Positions 45,696 through 55,760 of a stretch of 64,000 bases of DNA are shown piece after piece. The notes below the pieces were generated by a model that did not search any database, had not been told where the DNA came from, and was given only the letters and a program-made list of their open reading frames with translations. Made by a program: the position numbers and the translations under genes. Location of the stretch: positions 32,001 through 96,000 of the IMG/VR virus record IMGVR_UViG_3300049988_000286, one strand, 5' to 3'. Within the stretch, counting starts at the first letter, position 1. Each line of letters opens with the position of its first letter. The stretch is from a virus (lineage: Duplodnaviria > Caudoviricetes).

Positions 45696-47573
45696 TTAAA
45701 TCCCCATCCACTTCTTACGGTCATCGGCTCGGCTTGCATTAAAGAGAAGGTCGAGCGCCTCCTTGAGTTTGCCGTCCTCGACGATCGGGGTCAGCTTCGG
45801 ATCGGCCAGAGCATTGACCCAATCGGGCTTCTTCAACGCCGCCAAGCCTTTCGCGCGGGTGATCTCCCACCCCTTCATCTCCTGTTGATCAAATGTCTGA
45901 TAATCATCCTTGTACCAGTATCGCCGCTGCTTCCCCTTCGATGCAATAATCAACGGAGTGTCGAAGACGTAGATGAAGGGATCACTGGGGTCGAACAATT
46001 CCGGCCATAGCTGGTAGAAGAAATTCACCAAGAGGCTTGTAATATCTTTGCCGTCTTCGTCAGCGTCGCACGTGATATAGATTTTACCGTAGCGGAGTTT
46101 CGACCTTACGGCGCGCTCGCCACAACTCAAACCCACTGATCGCATGATCTGCAACAAGGCTTCGTTGGACGCGATCGTCTTCAGCGATGACTTGCTGGGA
46201 TGGCAGTTCAGCACCTTACCCCGGAGCGGCAGGGCACCATGGAGGTTCTTGTCACGCGCCTCGATAAAGCCAGAAATCGCCGAATCACCCTCCGCGAGCA
46301 ACAATACGGCGTTGCGACGCACGAGACCGATCGAATCGATGAGCTTCTCGACCTTCTGCTTGCGGCCCGCCTTGTTGATCTTTGCCAACTCGCTGGCATC
46401 CTTCTTCATGGTGCGCTCTTCGCACCGGGTGAAGATGGCCGCGATCCAATCGGGGTGACGCTTGATCAAGTCCTTGTAGAAATCTGGGTTTTCGAGGTGG
46501 CGCTTCATCACCGAAGCGACTTCCTCGTTGATCAGACGAGTCTTCGACTGCGAATCAAAGTTTGGAGCCGTCATATTGGTGATGTTGTAGATAAACATGC
46601 CATCTTGGATGTCAGAACGATTCGGCGCAAGCTTGCGCTTCTTCGCCTCTCGCTCCAGCCCACCTAGCATCCCCGCGTAGAAGAGACGCCGGAAGGCATC
46701 GACGTGAACGCCACCATTGAACACTGGGATGTTGTTGACGAGCGAGTGGATGTGTTCGACACCCTCGTTCCCGTAGGTGATCCAGAATTTGCTCCGCAGC
46801 GTGCCTTCGTTGATCTCAACACAGATGGGCTTCCGGCCGGGAAAGAGCGTCTGCTCCTGCCGGGGCTTGACCTTGATCTGCTCGCCGTTGTAGAAAATCT
46901 TCAAGGCAGGATTGCAGATCGCGATCTCGGTTACGCGCGACCGCACAAAGTCCTCCGGCAAGATGCGCGACTTAAAGACTTCGTTACTGGGCAGGAACTC
47001 GATCTTGGTTCCCGTCTTGTCGCTCTTCACCTCGGTGATCTTGGGTTTGGCGATGTCGATCTGTTTACTGCCCGGCATTCCCTCCCGGTACGTCTGGGTA
47101 AACTTCTTACCGTCGCGATGAATCTCGACCTTGAACCATTCGGCAGTGATAGAGACAGCCGATGATCCGATGCCGTTGACACCCGCGACTTCACCACGCT
47201 CATCGAAGTTGCGACCGGCGCGAGGCTCGGTCAGCACCATGGTGGCGAGATACTGGTTGTGGGCCTTGTCGAACTCGATCGGGATGCCGCGTCCATTATC
47301 AGCGACAGTGAAGATCAGCTTCTCTGCATCGAAGCCGACATCGATCCGGCTACCGTGGCCGTGGCCAACTATCTCATCAAGGGCGTTGTCGATGATTTCG
47401 CGCAAACAGGTGAAGAGAGCGGGGGTCCAAGTCACCTCAACAACACGAGGCTGAATGTCCTCGCTGTAGAGAACGATTGATTGAACGTGGGGTTCGATCG
47501 AGCCGAGATACATGTTCGTGCGAAGACGAATGTGCTCGTAATCGGTCTTTTTCTTAATTCCGTGGGTGGTCAT
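45696..47573 (-). CDS. type II DNA topoisomerase, ATPase/TOPRIM subunit (T4 gp39+60/GyrB-like)
   Basis: EIIDNALDE, DNGRGIP, GVNGIG, EGDSA, PLRGK, DADEDG, KGL. Confidence 0.93.
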   Translation of the reverse strand: MTTHGIKKKTDYEHIRLRTNMYLGSIEPHVQSIVLYSEDIQPRVVEVTWTPALFTCLREIIDNALDEIVGHGHGSRIDVGFDAEKLIFTVADNGRGIPIEFDKAHNQYLATMVLTEPRAGRNFDERGEVAGVNGIGSSAVSITAEWFKVEIHRDGKKFTQTYREGMPGSKQIDIAKPKITEVKSDKTGTKIEFLPSNEVFKSRILPEDFVRSRVTEIAICNPALKIFYNGEQIKVKPRQEQTLFPGRKPICVEINEGTLRSKFWITYGNEGVEHIHSLVNNIPVFNGGVHVDAFRRLFYAGMLGGLEREAKKRKLAPNRSDIQDGMFIYNITNMTAPNFDSQSKTRLINEEVASVMKRHLENPDFYKDLIKRHPDWIAAIFTRCEERTMKKDASELAKINKAGRKQKVEKLIDSIGLVRRNAVLLLAEGDSAISGFIEARDKNLHGALPLRGKVLNCHPSKSSLKTIASNEALLQIMRSVGLSCGERAVRSKLRYGKIYITCDADEDGKDITSLLVNFFYQLWPELFDPSDPFIYVFDTPLIIASKGKQRRYWYKDDYQTFDQQEMKGWEITRAKGLAALKKPDWVNALADPKLTPIVEDGKLKEALDLLFNASRADDRKKWMGI

Positions 47574-47690
47574 ACTTCCTTTCATTACCGCGTAGAGTTC
47601 CCCGCGCGCAATATACTTGATCGATGGCCGTATATAGTCCGGAGATTGATTTGGCTTGACTCCGAACTGCGGCGTGGTAAGAACGCTGCT

Positions 47691-48095
47691 ATGGGTATCG
47701 CGCCGATCATCAACCGCAACACATGGTTCCCCAGCTTCTTCTGGTGGCTTCCGGCTGACGCCGTTCTGGTTGAGGAAGCGGAGCAGTTGCTCGTCAATTC
47801 CGAGCCATGGCTGTGTATGAACCCCGATGTCTGCTTCTACATGCGGGGGCTGCAATGGTGGGAGGTCAAGCGCCGCGCCAAGCGATTGGGTGATCGGATG
47901 GTGGCCGTCGTCAGTGACTTGGCGTATAAGGACGCGGCTCGTTACAGCGACATCAAGCAGATCATCGAGCGTTCACCAGTGCCGGTCCGCGTGCACCTTC
48001 GCTACACAGTAGGGCGTAGCACGCTTGCCGCCGACGCTGCCTTCATCGAGTTCATCGACGCCGCTGATGCGACACTGTTCAGGCTCGCGCTATGA
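47691..48095 (+). CDS. paralog-family protein
   Basis: FIDAADATLFRLAL. Confidence 0.7.
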   Translation: MGIAPIINRNTWFPSFFWWLPADAVLVEEAEQLLVNSEPWLCMNPDVCFYMRGLQWWEVKRRAKRLGDRMVAVVSDLAYKDAARYSDIKQIIERSPVPVRVHLRYTVGRSTLAADAAFIEFIDAADATLFRLAL

Positions 48096-48388
48096 TCGAC
48101 AACCAGACTTTGGAGCGCCTCGTCGATGAGATGACCGGCGGCACTTTCGACCCACTATCGTACCAGACGGTATTGGATCATCCCACGCTGCCTTTGCGGC
48201 TCCGGGCTGGTTCACCGATTGCGGATCGCTGGTCGGAGCGTACCGAATGTGTGCTATCGGGTAGCGGGTGGCGGTATAGCTTTCGTGCTATCAAGACCTT
48301 CAACGTGTTTGAACAGGATAATGTTAACCTAACCGGCAATTATGCGCGTTTTGAGGAAGACATGACCTTGGTGACGCTATGCCTCTGA
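48092..48388 (+). CDS. paralog-family-like protein
   Basis: FEEDMTLVTLCL. Confidence 0.65.
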   Translation: MIDNQTLERLVDEMTGGTFDPLSYQTVLDHPTLPLRLRAGSPIADRWSERTECVLSGSGWRYSFRAIKTFNVFEQDNVNLTGNYARFEEDMTLVTLCL

Positions 48389-48702
48389 ACCTTGGTCTTG
48401 ATCGTGACACGCTGCTGCGCGTCGTTGACCATCTCTTGGGCTGTGAGATGGCTACCCGCTTTGGTCGGCCAACCCAGCCCATGATCGCGGTGACGCTTAC
48501 GAAGAAGAGTGAGAAGGTCCGCCGCCTCGTCGATGGAAAGACGCTGACCCAGTGTTGCTGGCTCAACGGCAAGGGATGGTCGTTGTCCTTTGTTCGACGC
48601 AACCACAATGGCCGATATACGATCGACTGGAACTATAACCTCATGGGCGATGAAGAGGCGTTCAACGCTGATTGGCTCATGCTCACCTTGGCGCTCCGAT
48701 GA
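48379..48702 (+). CDS. paralog-family-like protein
   Basis: FNADWLMLTLAL; paralogous to the preceding ORF. Confidence 0.65.
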   Translation: MPLNLGLDRDTLLRVVDHLLGCEMATRFGRPTQPMIAVTLTKKSEKVRRLVDGKTLTQCCWLNGKGWSLSFVRRNHNGRYTIDWNYNLMGDEEAFNADWLMLTLALR

Positions 48703-48980
48703 AATACTCTGCGCCGAAGTTCAACTTCCACGATCCGATTACCGCTGCGCAAATCCGTCACTACACCTCTGTGTCTTATCGCGGGCTGCGCGACGAAATC
48801 CAACATTGGGGCGAGGCGGATCGTTTCGTGGAATTGGAGCGCTGCTATACCCCCGAGACGGTGCGAAAGATCATCACTCGGTCGCCGGTCAATGTGCGCG
48901 CTCATATCACCAGAGAGCATCCCACCTTGCTGGAATTCCAAGACGTGAACGACCGAGACATTTTTCTTCTTGCCAGATAG
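48699..48980 (+). CDS. paralog-family protein
   Basis: LEFQDVNDRDIFLLAR. Confidence 0.65.
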   Translation: MKYSAPKFNFHDPITAAQIRHYTSVSYRGLRDEIQHWGEADRFVELERCYTPETVRKIITRSPVNVRAHITREHPTLLEFQDVNDRDIFLLAR

Positions 48981-49018
48981 CCGCTAATCAATTATACGGC
49001 GGGTCAAGGAGAACACTG

Positions 49019-49234
49019 ATGTCGCTCGAAGCCCTGATCAAGAAGCACCGCCCGGCAATCGACGCCATGACCGATGGCAGCGACATCACCGATACCGTCT
49101 ACGACGACTTCTACGACTATTACCTCAATGCTGGCGCGATCCCCTACGGGACCGCGAAGGCTCGCGACGGCGATCCCTATTGGTGGGTGGCCGCTCGCAT
49201 CCTCGAAGACGCCAAGAAGGAAACGCTGTTTTGA
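49019..49234 (+). CDS. small hypothetical protein
   Basis: AAGGAG SD. Confidence 0.7.
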   Translation: MSLEALIKKHRPAIDAMTDGSDITDTVYDDFYDYYLNAGAIPYGTAKARDGDPYWWVAARILEDAKKETLF

Positions 49235-49512
49235 TCACCGATCGCGTCGCCAAGCAGATTGAGCGCTCGAAGCAGATTCGGCGTGAACTCGCCCAGCCCC
49301 GTGCGACCAATAACGAGGTCGAGACGCTACGGGCGACGCTCGCCGACCTCGGTCAGCGTCAGGCGGAGCGTGAGCGTATCATGCTTGGTACGATCGGGGA
49401 GCGCGACACCGAGATCAACCGTCTGCTGCGCAACCTGCGTGTCATCCGCCACCACGGCGACGAGAAGATCGCCGAGATGGCGCAGCGCGCGCTCGACGGT
49501 GACCGCCTCTAG
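49231..49512 (+). CDS. coiled-coil hypothetical protein
   Basis: coupled ORF. Confidence 0.6.
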   Translation: MITDRVAKQIERSKQIRRELAQPRATNNEVETLRATLADLGQRQAERERIMLGTIGERDTEINRLLRNLRVIRHHGDEKIAEMAQRALDGDRL

Positions 49513-50663
49513 TATTTCGAATGCGCCATCTCCTGTAGGCGGTATTCGAACTCCTGATAGCGATCGAACGAGGCTCGGAAACGGGCCTCGTCTCGCGCCA
49601 TGGCGCGGTAATCGATCGTGGGTCCGGAAAGGACTTTGCGCGACCGGTACCCCACCACATTCTCCTCATCGCCATATTGGAAGCCGGGGAGGTCGTACTC
49701 TGCTGGCTCTACCCAGATATCGGCCTTCTCCTCCTTCGCGATCGTGAACGCGAGGGCGAGCATGAACGCGGCCAGCTTGGGGTTCTCTGCCCCAAATTGC
49801 TTGATGCGTCCCACGGGACCGTCACGGGTGTCGTGGACGTAGCAATAGACGAAGCCCTTGATCATCCGGTCGGCGAACATCGCGTGCTTCTCGCTATCAA
49901 CGATGTGGGCGAGCTTGCGATCATAGAGGATGAAGGAGCCACCGTCGTCGTGGAATAGGAGCCATGACGCGGGATCACGACTTGCGAGATCGACCTCATC
50001 CCGCTTCGGGCGATGCTGGGGCTTCGCTGACACGACGATCGCCTTTGCTCGTTCGGTGGTGATCGTCCCGGCACGGACGAGTTTCGAGTAGAGGCCGGAG
50101 GCGAGGGCGTCGCGAACAAACTCGCGGTGAACACGCATGAAATTGCGCGCACCGCCGGGAGTGAAGCCACCGCTAGTTTTACCGGGCTCCAACGTTCGCG
50201 CTGCCTTACCGATCACGGTGCCGAGACCAAACTGTCGATACTCCTTGGCGACCATGATGAGCACGCAGCCCCATTCATCTTGTGCCGATGCCACGCGCGT
50301 GTCGCCTTCAAAGATCGACAGTGTAAATTCTTCGGGTTGGAAACCCAACCTTTTCACCTCTTCGTCAGAGTAAAACTGCACCTCACCGTCGATGCGGATC
50401 AATTCCTTGTCGGCATCCCGCATTGCATAATCGCAACGCCGTGTCTTGACCATGAGGTCGAACGCGATGCCGTTGACCTTGAAGCGCCGGACATGCCTAT
50501 ATGCTGCACGCTTGTCACCCTCGTATTGGTTAAGATCGGTCAGTGTGACATTGTAGGCTTGTTCGCCGTGCCATTTGTCGTTCTCATTACAGAGGTGAAG
50601 GTATTCGCTACTGGTGAGTAGCGCGGGGTTGATTTCGTTCGGATTCCAAGGACGCGGTAGCAT
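49509..50663 (-). CDS. late protein with GNAT-like acetyltransferase motif
   Basis: VAKEYRQFGLGT; 4 nt after TAAATA. Confidence 0.55.
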   Translation of the reverse strand: MLPRPWNPNEINPALLTSSEYLHLCNENDKWHGEQAYNVTLTDLNQYEGDKRAAYRHVRRFKVNGIAFDLMVKTRRCDYAMRDADKELIRIDGEVQFYSDEEVKRLGFQPEEFTLSIFEGDTRVASAQDEWGCVLIMVAKEYRQFGLGTVIGKAARTLEPGKTSGGFTPGGARNFMRVHREFVRDALASGLYSKLVRAGTITTERAKAIVVSAKPQHRPKRDEVDLASRDPASWLLFHDDGGSFILYDRKLAHIVDSEKHAMFADRMIKGFVYCYVHDTRDGPVGRIKQFGAENPKLAAFMLALAFTIAKEEKADIWVEPAEYDLPGFQYGDEENVVGYRSRKVLSGPTIDYRAMARDEARFRASFDRYQEFEYRLQEMAHSKY

Positions 50664-50708
50664 TGAGTATTTATGGATAAATACTTCAACTATCTCCAAG
50701 GAGTCATC

Positions 50709-51251
50709 ATGCTTTACGACATCACCATCGCGGGTATTGGTGGCACCGCCCCCAGCGATGGTTTCATCGACCCAAAAACCGTTTACGCCTACATGGAGGC
50801 GAACAAAACCGACCTCCCCACCAGCTACGCCAATGCTCTCGCGAAGTCGCGCGCAAATGTGCGCAACCGCGACGTGATGGCCTCGATCCAGACCTACTCC
50901 CAGATGGAGATCAAGTCAGTGACCGCGACCGGTTCACCCTCTGCGAGCACGCCGCCGTCGAGCATCATCATCCGGGTATCAGTGAACGATGTCGCCGATG
51001 TAGTGACGCGTGACGAGAACAACGCTGGTGCTCTACTGACCGGCGACGCGGCGGTGAAGCGCATCATCGCTCGCGCGTTGGTCAAGTCGATGATCGGCGT
51101 GATGGACATCTTCGACCCGACGAAGACCACCGCCCCCGGTAATGCCACCCCGGCGATCCGCACCGGAACGCGTTTTAATACTGAAACTACTGGCGCGCTT
51201 TATGCTAATCTCGCCACCGCTGGCAGCAGCGTCACTATCACCGCTGTATAA
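50709..51251 (+). CDS. hypothetical late (virion-like) protein
   Basis: downstream of TAAATA 50678; Ala/Thr-rich. Confidence 0.7.
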   Translation: MLYDITIAGIGGTAPSDGFIDPKTVYAYMEANKTDLPTSYANALAKSRANVRNRDVMASIQTYSQMEIKSVTATGSPSASTPPSSIIIRVSVNDVADVVTRDENNAGALLTGDAAVKRIIARALVKSMIGVMDIFDPTKTTAPGNATPAIRTGTRFNTETTGALYANLATAGSSVTITAV

Positions 51252-51267
51252 GGAGAACACCGAAGAA

Positions 51268-51672
51268 ATGTCCCACCTTAATCATCTTCATCTGCTCGTC
51301 ACCGCTTGGGTGGATAACCCTCCGATGACTGCCGACGCGGGAACCGACTGGCTGCGTGAACTTGTCGATATTATCGATATGCAGATTTTGATGGATGCCA
51401 CGGCGATCTTCTGTGAAGACCTTGGTAACGAAGGCGTGACCGGTATCGTCGGTCTCACCACCTCGCACGCGAGTTTCCATAGCTGGCACGACGCCCCGCG
51501 CCCATTTATTTCGTTCGATCTTTACTCATGTCGCCATTTCGCGGTGGAGAAGGTATTCGAGCATCTCGCCAAGTGGGGGCTGATGAAGTGCAACTACGTG
51601 CTTATCGATCGAGACCCGAGCCACGCGACGATGCAAATCATCGATCAGGGCATCTTTACTCCCGAAGCTTGA
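51268..51672 (+). CDS. speD: S-adenosylmethionine decarboxylase proenzyme
   Basis: H-L-L-V; GVTGIVGLTTSHASFHSW; FDLYSC. Confidence 0.8.
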   Translation: MSHLNHLHLLVTAWVDNPPMTADAGTDWLRELVDIIDMQILMDATAIFCEDLGNEGVTGIVGLTTSHASFHSWHDAPRPFISFDLYSCRHFAVEKVFEHLAKWGLMKCNYVLIDRDPSHATMQIIDQGIFTPEA

Positions 51673-51681
51673 TAACGAGAA

Positions 51682-52131
51682 ATGCGCAAATTTATCAATC
51701 TGATCGAAGAGGCTAGAGCGATCCCCAGTGAGGTTGTGGATCGCATCTTGTCCGATCACCGCGCCAAGCGTGGCGTGAAAGTACCTGCGTCGGCGCGCTT
51801 GTGGCGCGGCGAGAGCGAGGAGTCGGGTTCTGGCATGGCCACCTACGGCCTCGGAACCTACTTCACCTGCGACCGCAAGTACGCGGCTCGGTACGGCACC
51901 GTGCGTGAAGTTCAACGCTCTATGCTCCCCTATAATTGCCTCCGCTTCGATACCATCAACGACTTCGAGATTTGGTATCAGACTGCCTTCAAGCTGATGG
52001 GCTACAATGACAATCGTGATGTATGGAAAGATTTCCACGGGATGGATGATTTCATTCGACATATCGATATGTCCGTTGACGGTCTTCAAATAGGCAAAGG
52101 CAAAGATGCCATGTTTGTGCTTTATCCGTAA
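51682..52131 (+). CDS. ADP-ribosyltransferase-like protein (MRKFINLIEE)
   Basis: LWRG...YGLGTYFT...AARY. Confidence 0.5.
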   Translation: MRKFINLIEEARAIPSEVVDRILSDHRAKRGVKVPASARLWRGESEESGSGMATYGLGTYFTCDRKYAARYGTVREVQRSMLPYNCLRFDTINDFEIWYQTAFKLMGYNDNRDVWKDFHGMDDFIRHIDMSVDGLQIGKGKDAMFVLYP

Positions 52132-52198
52132 AGTTCAGAGATAAATACCTAGACGCACATAATGCGTTGGCAAAGCACAACATATAGAGGCAAAGCAT

Positions 52199-53260
52199 AT
52201 GAAACTAATCACAGGCATTGCGACGCTTGTCGTCGCCATTTTAATTTCCGTCATCGCGGGCTATTTCTCCATCGTGGGTCTCGCGGCATTGTTCGCGGCT
52301 CGCGCCCTCCCCGTCATCGTCATGGGATCGGTCCTCGAAATCGGCAAACTCGTCGCAGCGACGTGGCTCAAGTTCAACTGGGCTGATCGCGGCGTTGCGT
52401 GGCCCCACAAGGGCTACCTCCTTCTTGCCACGCTCGTCCTGATGATCATCACCTCCTTGGGCATCTTCGGCTTCCTGTCGGCGGGACACCTCGAACAGAA
52501 TGCCCCACTGGCGGGTCTATCGATCCAAGCGCAGCAGTACCAAACGCGTCTTGACCAAACCATGGCGACGAACCGTCGTATCGAGCAGCGGCTGGGGCAG
52601 ATCGACACCAACATCAACGCCTTCCTGACCAGCGGAGCGGCCTCGAAGGGCTTGCGGGCGAGCGAGACGTTGAAGCGCGAACGCGCCGACTTGCAGACGC
52701 AGATGGATGCCAACAACGCGCAGATAAACGATCTCAATACCAAACTGGCACCATTGAAGCAGCAGAGCACCGAAGTTGAGGCCAAGCTTGGCCCGGTCAA
52801 ATATCTCGCTAGCGCGGCGGGCTATGACGATCCCGAAGTTGCCGTGCGTCTCGTCATCCTCCTGATCATGATCGCGTTCGACCCCCTCGCGGTGGTGCTC
52901 ATGATCTCCGGCTTGATCTCGCTCCGCCAGTGGCGCGACGAGCGAGTTGTTGAAGCCGAGGTCGTCCCTACGGAGCCGGTAGCGCCGATCGTTGAGCAAC
53001 CCCTCGCCGCCGAGATAACGCCAGAGCCTGAACCCGAGCCCATCCCGGCGACGATTATTGCCGCTCACCCGACCGTCGAGTTATTGATGCACGGCGGCGG
53101 TGTCGTGACGGCACCCCATGAGGAAATCGATGTCAGGACGCTCCTCATCGATCTCATGGAGGAGCATCCCGAGATCGTTACCGAGTTCATCGCAGCCGTG
53201 AAGGAAACGGAACTCGACGCGCGCTCTACCACCAACACGACGGGAGGAACGATTGACTAA
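52199..53260 (+). CDS. membrane-anchored coiled-coil protein
   Basis: three N-terminal TM segments, coiled coil, then TM (AFDPLAV). Confidence 0.75.
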   Translation: MKLITGIATLVVAILISVIAGYFSIVGLAALFAARALPVIVMGSVLEIGKLVAATWLKFNWADRGVAWPHKGYLLLATLVLMIITSLGIFGFLSAGHLEQNAPLAGLSIQAQQYQTRLDQTMATNRRIEQRLGQIDTNINAFLTSGAASKGLRASETLKRERADLQTQMDANNAQINDLNTKLAPLKQQSTEVEAKLGPVKYLASAAGYDDPEVAVRLVILLIMIAFDPLAVVLMISGLISLRQWRDERVVEAEVVPTEPVAPIVEQPLAAEITPEPEPEPIPATIIAAHPTVELLMHGGGVVTAPHEEIDVRTLLIDLMEEHPEIVTEFIAAVKETELDARSTTNTTGGTID

Positions 53261-53573
53261 TTACGCGGAAGTCAGAGAGAGCAACAGGGTCACAGCAGAG
53301 GAGTTGCTCACCCGCATCCCCGCTGTGATCACAGGGTCGAATGCGCGAACATGCCCGGAGAACCTCCGGTGGCTGCTCAATCGCGTCATCGAGAAGATAG
53401 ACACCTACCCCTTGGACAAGATCGGCCGCTGGATCGGTTTCGTCCAAGGGGTGCTCGCCATGTCGGACAATCTGGACGTGGATGCCGAGCGAGACCGCAC
53501 GCGCGCGAGGATGCAAGCCGCGTATCTCGCCACTGGTCAAGAAGTTCCCGAAACGGCTGAAATGCCACAGTAA
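53253..53573 (+). CDS. hypothetical protein
   Basis: GGAGG SD; DKIGRWIGFVQG. Confidence 0.7.
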   Translation: MTNYAEVRESNRVTAEELLTRIPAVITGSNARTCPENLRWLLNRVIEKIDTYPLDKIGRWIGFVQGVLAMSDNLDVDAERDRTRARMQAAYLATGQEVPETAEMPQ

Positions 53574-53632
53574 TATTGCGCCCCGGATACCTGACGCGTC
53601 ATTATGTCTAAATATATCTGACACTCCCACGC

Positions 53633-54901
53633 ATGAGGTATCCGGTGGAAGCTAACCAAGAGTATAAATGCACATTCTGCGGCTTGCACAAAAATCAAGT
53701 CGATGTCCTCATTCGCGGTGAGGAAAACTCTCATGGCTTCATCTGTAATACTTGCGTCGATAAGTGCTACGATCTCGTCCACGGTGACGAAGATGCCTCC
53801 GAGGAGGAAACCGATGCGGTAACAGTCGAGGAGGCTCCGGCCGAGGAGCCTGAAAAGTCCCCGACCCCCGTGGCAATCAAGCAGTATCTGGACCAATACG
53901 TCGTGGGTCAGGAAACGGCAAAGATCACCGTTTCTGTCGCCGCGTACAACCACTACAAGCGCGTCACCAACCCCGATCCGCTCGCGGTTGAGATCGATAA
54001 ATCGAATATCCTGCTAATCGGCCCCACCGGCTGCGGCAAGACCCTCATCGCGCAGTCGCTGGCTCGTTACCTCGATGTGCCATGGGTCATGGCTGATGCC
54101 ACCTCTCTGACCGAAGCGGGCTATGTCGGCGAGGATGTGGAATCGATTATTGGACGCCTTCTCGCTGCCGCTGACTACAATGTCGGTATGGCGGAGCGCG
54201 GCATCGTCTTCCTCGACGAGATCGATAAGAAGAAGGCCAGCCGATCAGCCAGTTCGCAGCGCGATGTGTCGGGCGAGGGTGTGCAGCAAGCACTCCTCAA
54301 GCTGATCGAGGGCACGGAGATGATGGTGTCCCCGCCGGGCAAGAAGAACGCCGAGCGAGTAAAGATCAACACGAAGAACATCCTCTTCATCGTCTCCGGG
54401 GCTTTCGTGGGTCTCGATAAGCTGATCAAGAAAGAGAAGCGCGCAATCGGATTTGGTCTTGGTGTCGAGGCGGCAGCGACTTCGACAATGATCAGCGAGC
54501 ACTTGGTAGAGTTTGGTCTCATCCCCGAGTTGGTTGGTCGTCTGCCCGTCGTTGGTATCTTGGAGGAGTTGAACGAGGATCAACTCTATCATGTGCTGAC
54601 CGAGCCCCGCAACGCGATCACCAAGCAGTTCCGCGCGATGTTTAACCTCGATGGTGTCGATCTCGAATTCACCGACGAGGGGCTGCGCAGCCTTGCCCGC
54701 AAGGCGATTGCCAACAAGACGGGTGCGCGCGGTCTCCGAGGCCTGATCGAAGGCGCTCTCCTTACTACGCAGTATAATCTTCCCGACATGCGCGACATCG
54801 GGGTTGAAGTAGTAATCGTCAACGATGAAGTATTCACCGATGGGAAGCAGCCCACTGTGCGTTTTCGCAAAGAAGATATTGAAGCACAGCAGAGTGTGTG
54901 A
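53633..54901 (+). CDS. clpX: ATP-dependent Clp protease ATP-binding subunit ClpX
   Basis: CTFC...CNTC zinc finger; GPTGCGKT; EAGYVGEDVE; RDVSGEGVQQ; IGF loop; TGARGLR. Confidence 0.95.
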   Translation: MRYPVEANQEYKCTFCGLHKNQVDVLIRGEENSHGFICNTCVDKCYDLVHGDEDASEEETDAVTVEEAPAEEPEKSPTPVAIKQYLDQYVVGQETAKITVSVAAYNHYKRVTNPDPLAVEIDKSNILLIGPTGCGKTLIAQSLARYLDVPWVMADATSLTEAGYVGEDVESIIGRLLAAADYNVGMAERGIVFLDEIDKKKASRSASSQRDVSGEGVQQALLKLIEGTEMMVSPPGKKNAERVKINTKNILFIVSGAFVGLDKLIKKEKRAIGFGLGVEAAATSTMISEHLVEFGLIPELVGRLPVVGILEELNEDQLYHVLTEPRNAITKQFRAMFNLDGVDLEFTDEGLRSLARKAIANKTGARGLRGLIEGALLTTQYNLPDMRDIGVEVVIVNDEVFTDGKQPTVRFRKEDIEAQQSV

Positions 54902-54932
54902 GAATATTCAGCACCACTAAAGGAATATAGTA

Positions 54933-55169
54933 GTGTCGAATAAGCATTTTAAGTCGTCGTTCGAAGGCAAGAAGGGCCTTACGGTTGAGGTCAGGAACGG
55001 AAACGTCGAAGGGGCGGTGCGGTTGCTGTCTCGTCGTCTCAAGCAGGAGGGCATCATGCGCGAGCTTCGTGCGCGCTCCTTCTACGAGAAGCCGAGCACC
55101 AAGAAGCGCCGGAAGCACGCAGAAGCGGTTTCGCGCTGGCGCAAGCAGCTAGCGAAGGACGACCGCTAA
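54933..55169 (+). CDS. rpsU: 30S ribosomal protein bS21
   Basis: VEVRNGNVEGA...LKQEGIMRELRARSFYEKPS.KKRRK. Confidence 0.85.
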   Translation: MSNKHFKSSFEGKKGLTVEVRNGNVEGAVRLLSRRLKQEGIMRELRARSFYEKPSTKKRRKHAEAVSRWRKQLAKDDR

Positions 55170-55185
55170 AATATTGCAAACAGGG

Positions 55186-55218
55186 TGAGGCTGGGGTAAA
55201 ACCCGGCCTCATTCTTTT
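55186..55218 (+). terminator. intrinsic terminator
   Basis: TGAGGCTGGG-GTAAAA-CCCGGCCTCA-TTCTTTT. Confidence 0.65.
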
Positions 55219-55228
55219 GGAGCGCCGT

Positions 55229-55525
55229 GTGGCCGACACTCTCACCGACGAGAAAACCGATCTCAATCTCGATTTCCCCTCCCTGTGGGGAGCGAAGTTC
55301 TTCAACGACGACTACACCCCCATGGAATTCGTTATCCTCGTCCTCCATCAGGAATTTCGGCTCGATCTCGCGGCGGCGGAAGCGGTTATGATCAAGGTCC
55401 ATGAGGAGGGCAGCGCCGTGGTAGGGTCGTACACCAAGGATGTCGCACAGACGAAGGTCATGACCGTGCAGTCACAGGCACGGCACATGGGCCATCCCCT
55501 CCAACTCGAAGCGGTGTCGGTATGA
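55229..55525 (+). CDS. clpS: Clp protease adaptor ClpS
   Basis: NDDYTPMEFV, VHEEGSAVVG, HPLQ. Confidence 0.9.
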   Translation: MADTLTDEKTDLNLDFPSLWGAKFFNDDYTPMEFVILVLHQEFRLDLAAAEAVMIKVHEEGSAVVGSYTKDVAQTKVMTVQSQARHMGHPLQLEAVSV

Positions 55526-55722
55526 ACACGATGAAGGTGTGGCTCCTCGTCGTCTTTGGTGTCGTGACATGTGGAGAATACTGTGAGGATACTCGTCGCC
55601 CGATGATCGTCATCGACAATCTGGCTTCACGGGAGCAGTGTATTGCCCTCGGCACTCGCCTCGCTGGCAAGACCACCAATGGTTCCTACGACTGCACTGG
55701 CTTAAGCAAGGTCAAGCAGTAA
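55522..55722 (+). CDS. small Cys-containing secreted/membrane protein
   Basis: coupled ORF. Confidence 0.55.
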   Translation: MNTMKVWLLVVFGVVTCGEYCEDTRRPMIVIDNLASREQCIALGTRLAGKTTNGSYDCTGLSKVKQ

Positions 55723-55760
55723 ACTGCGAACATAAATAATGCATCTCTTGAGGTGCATTT

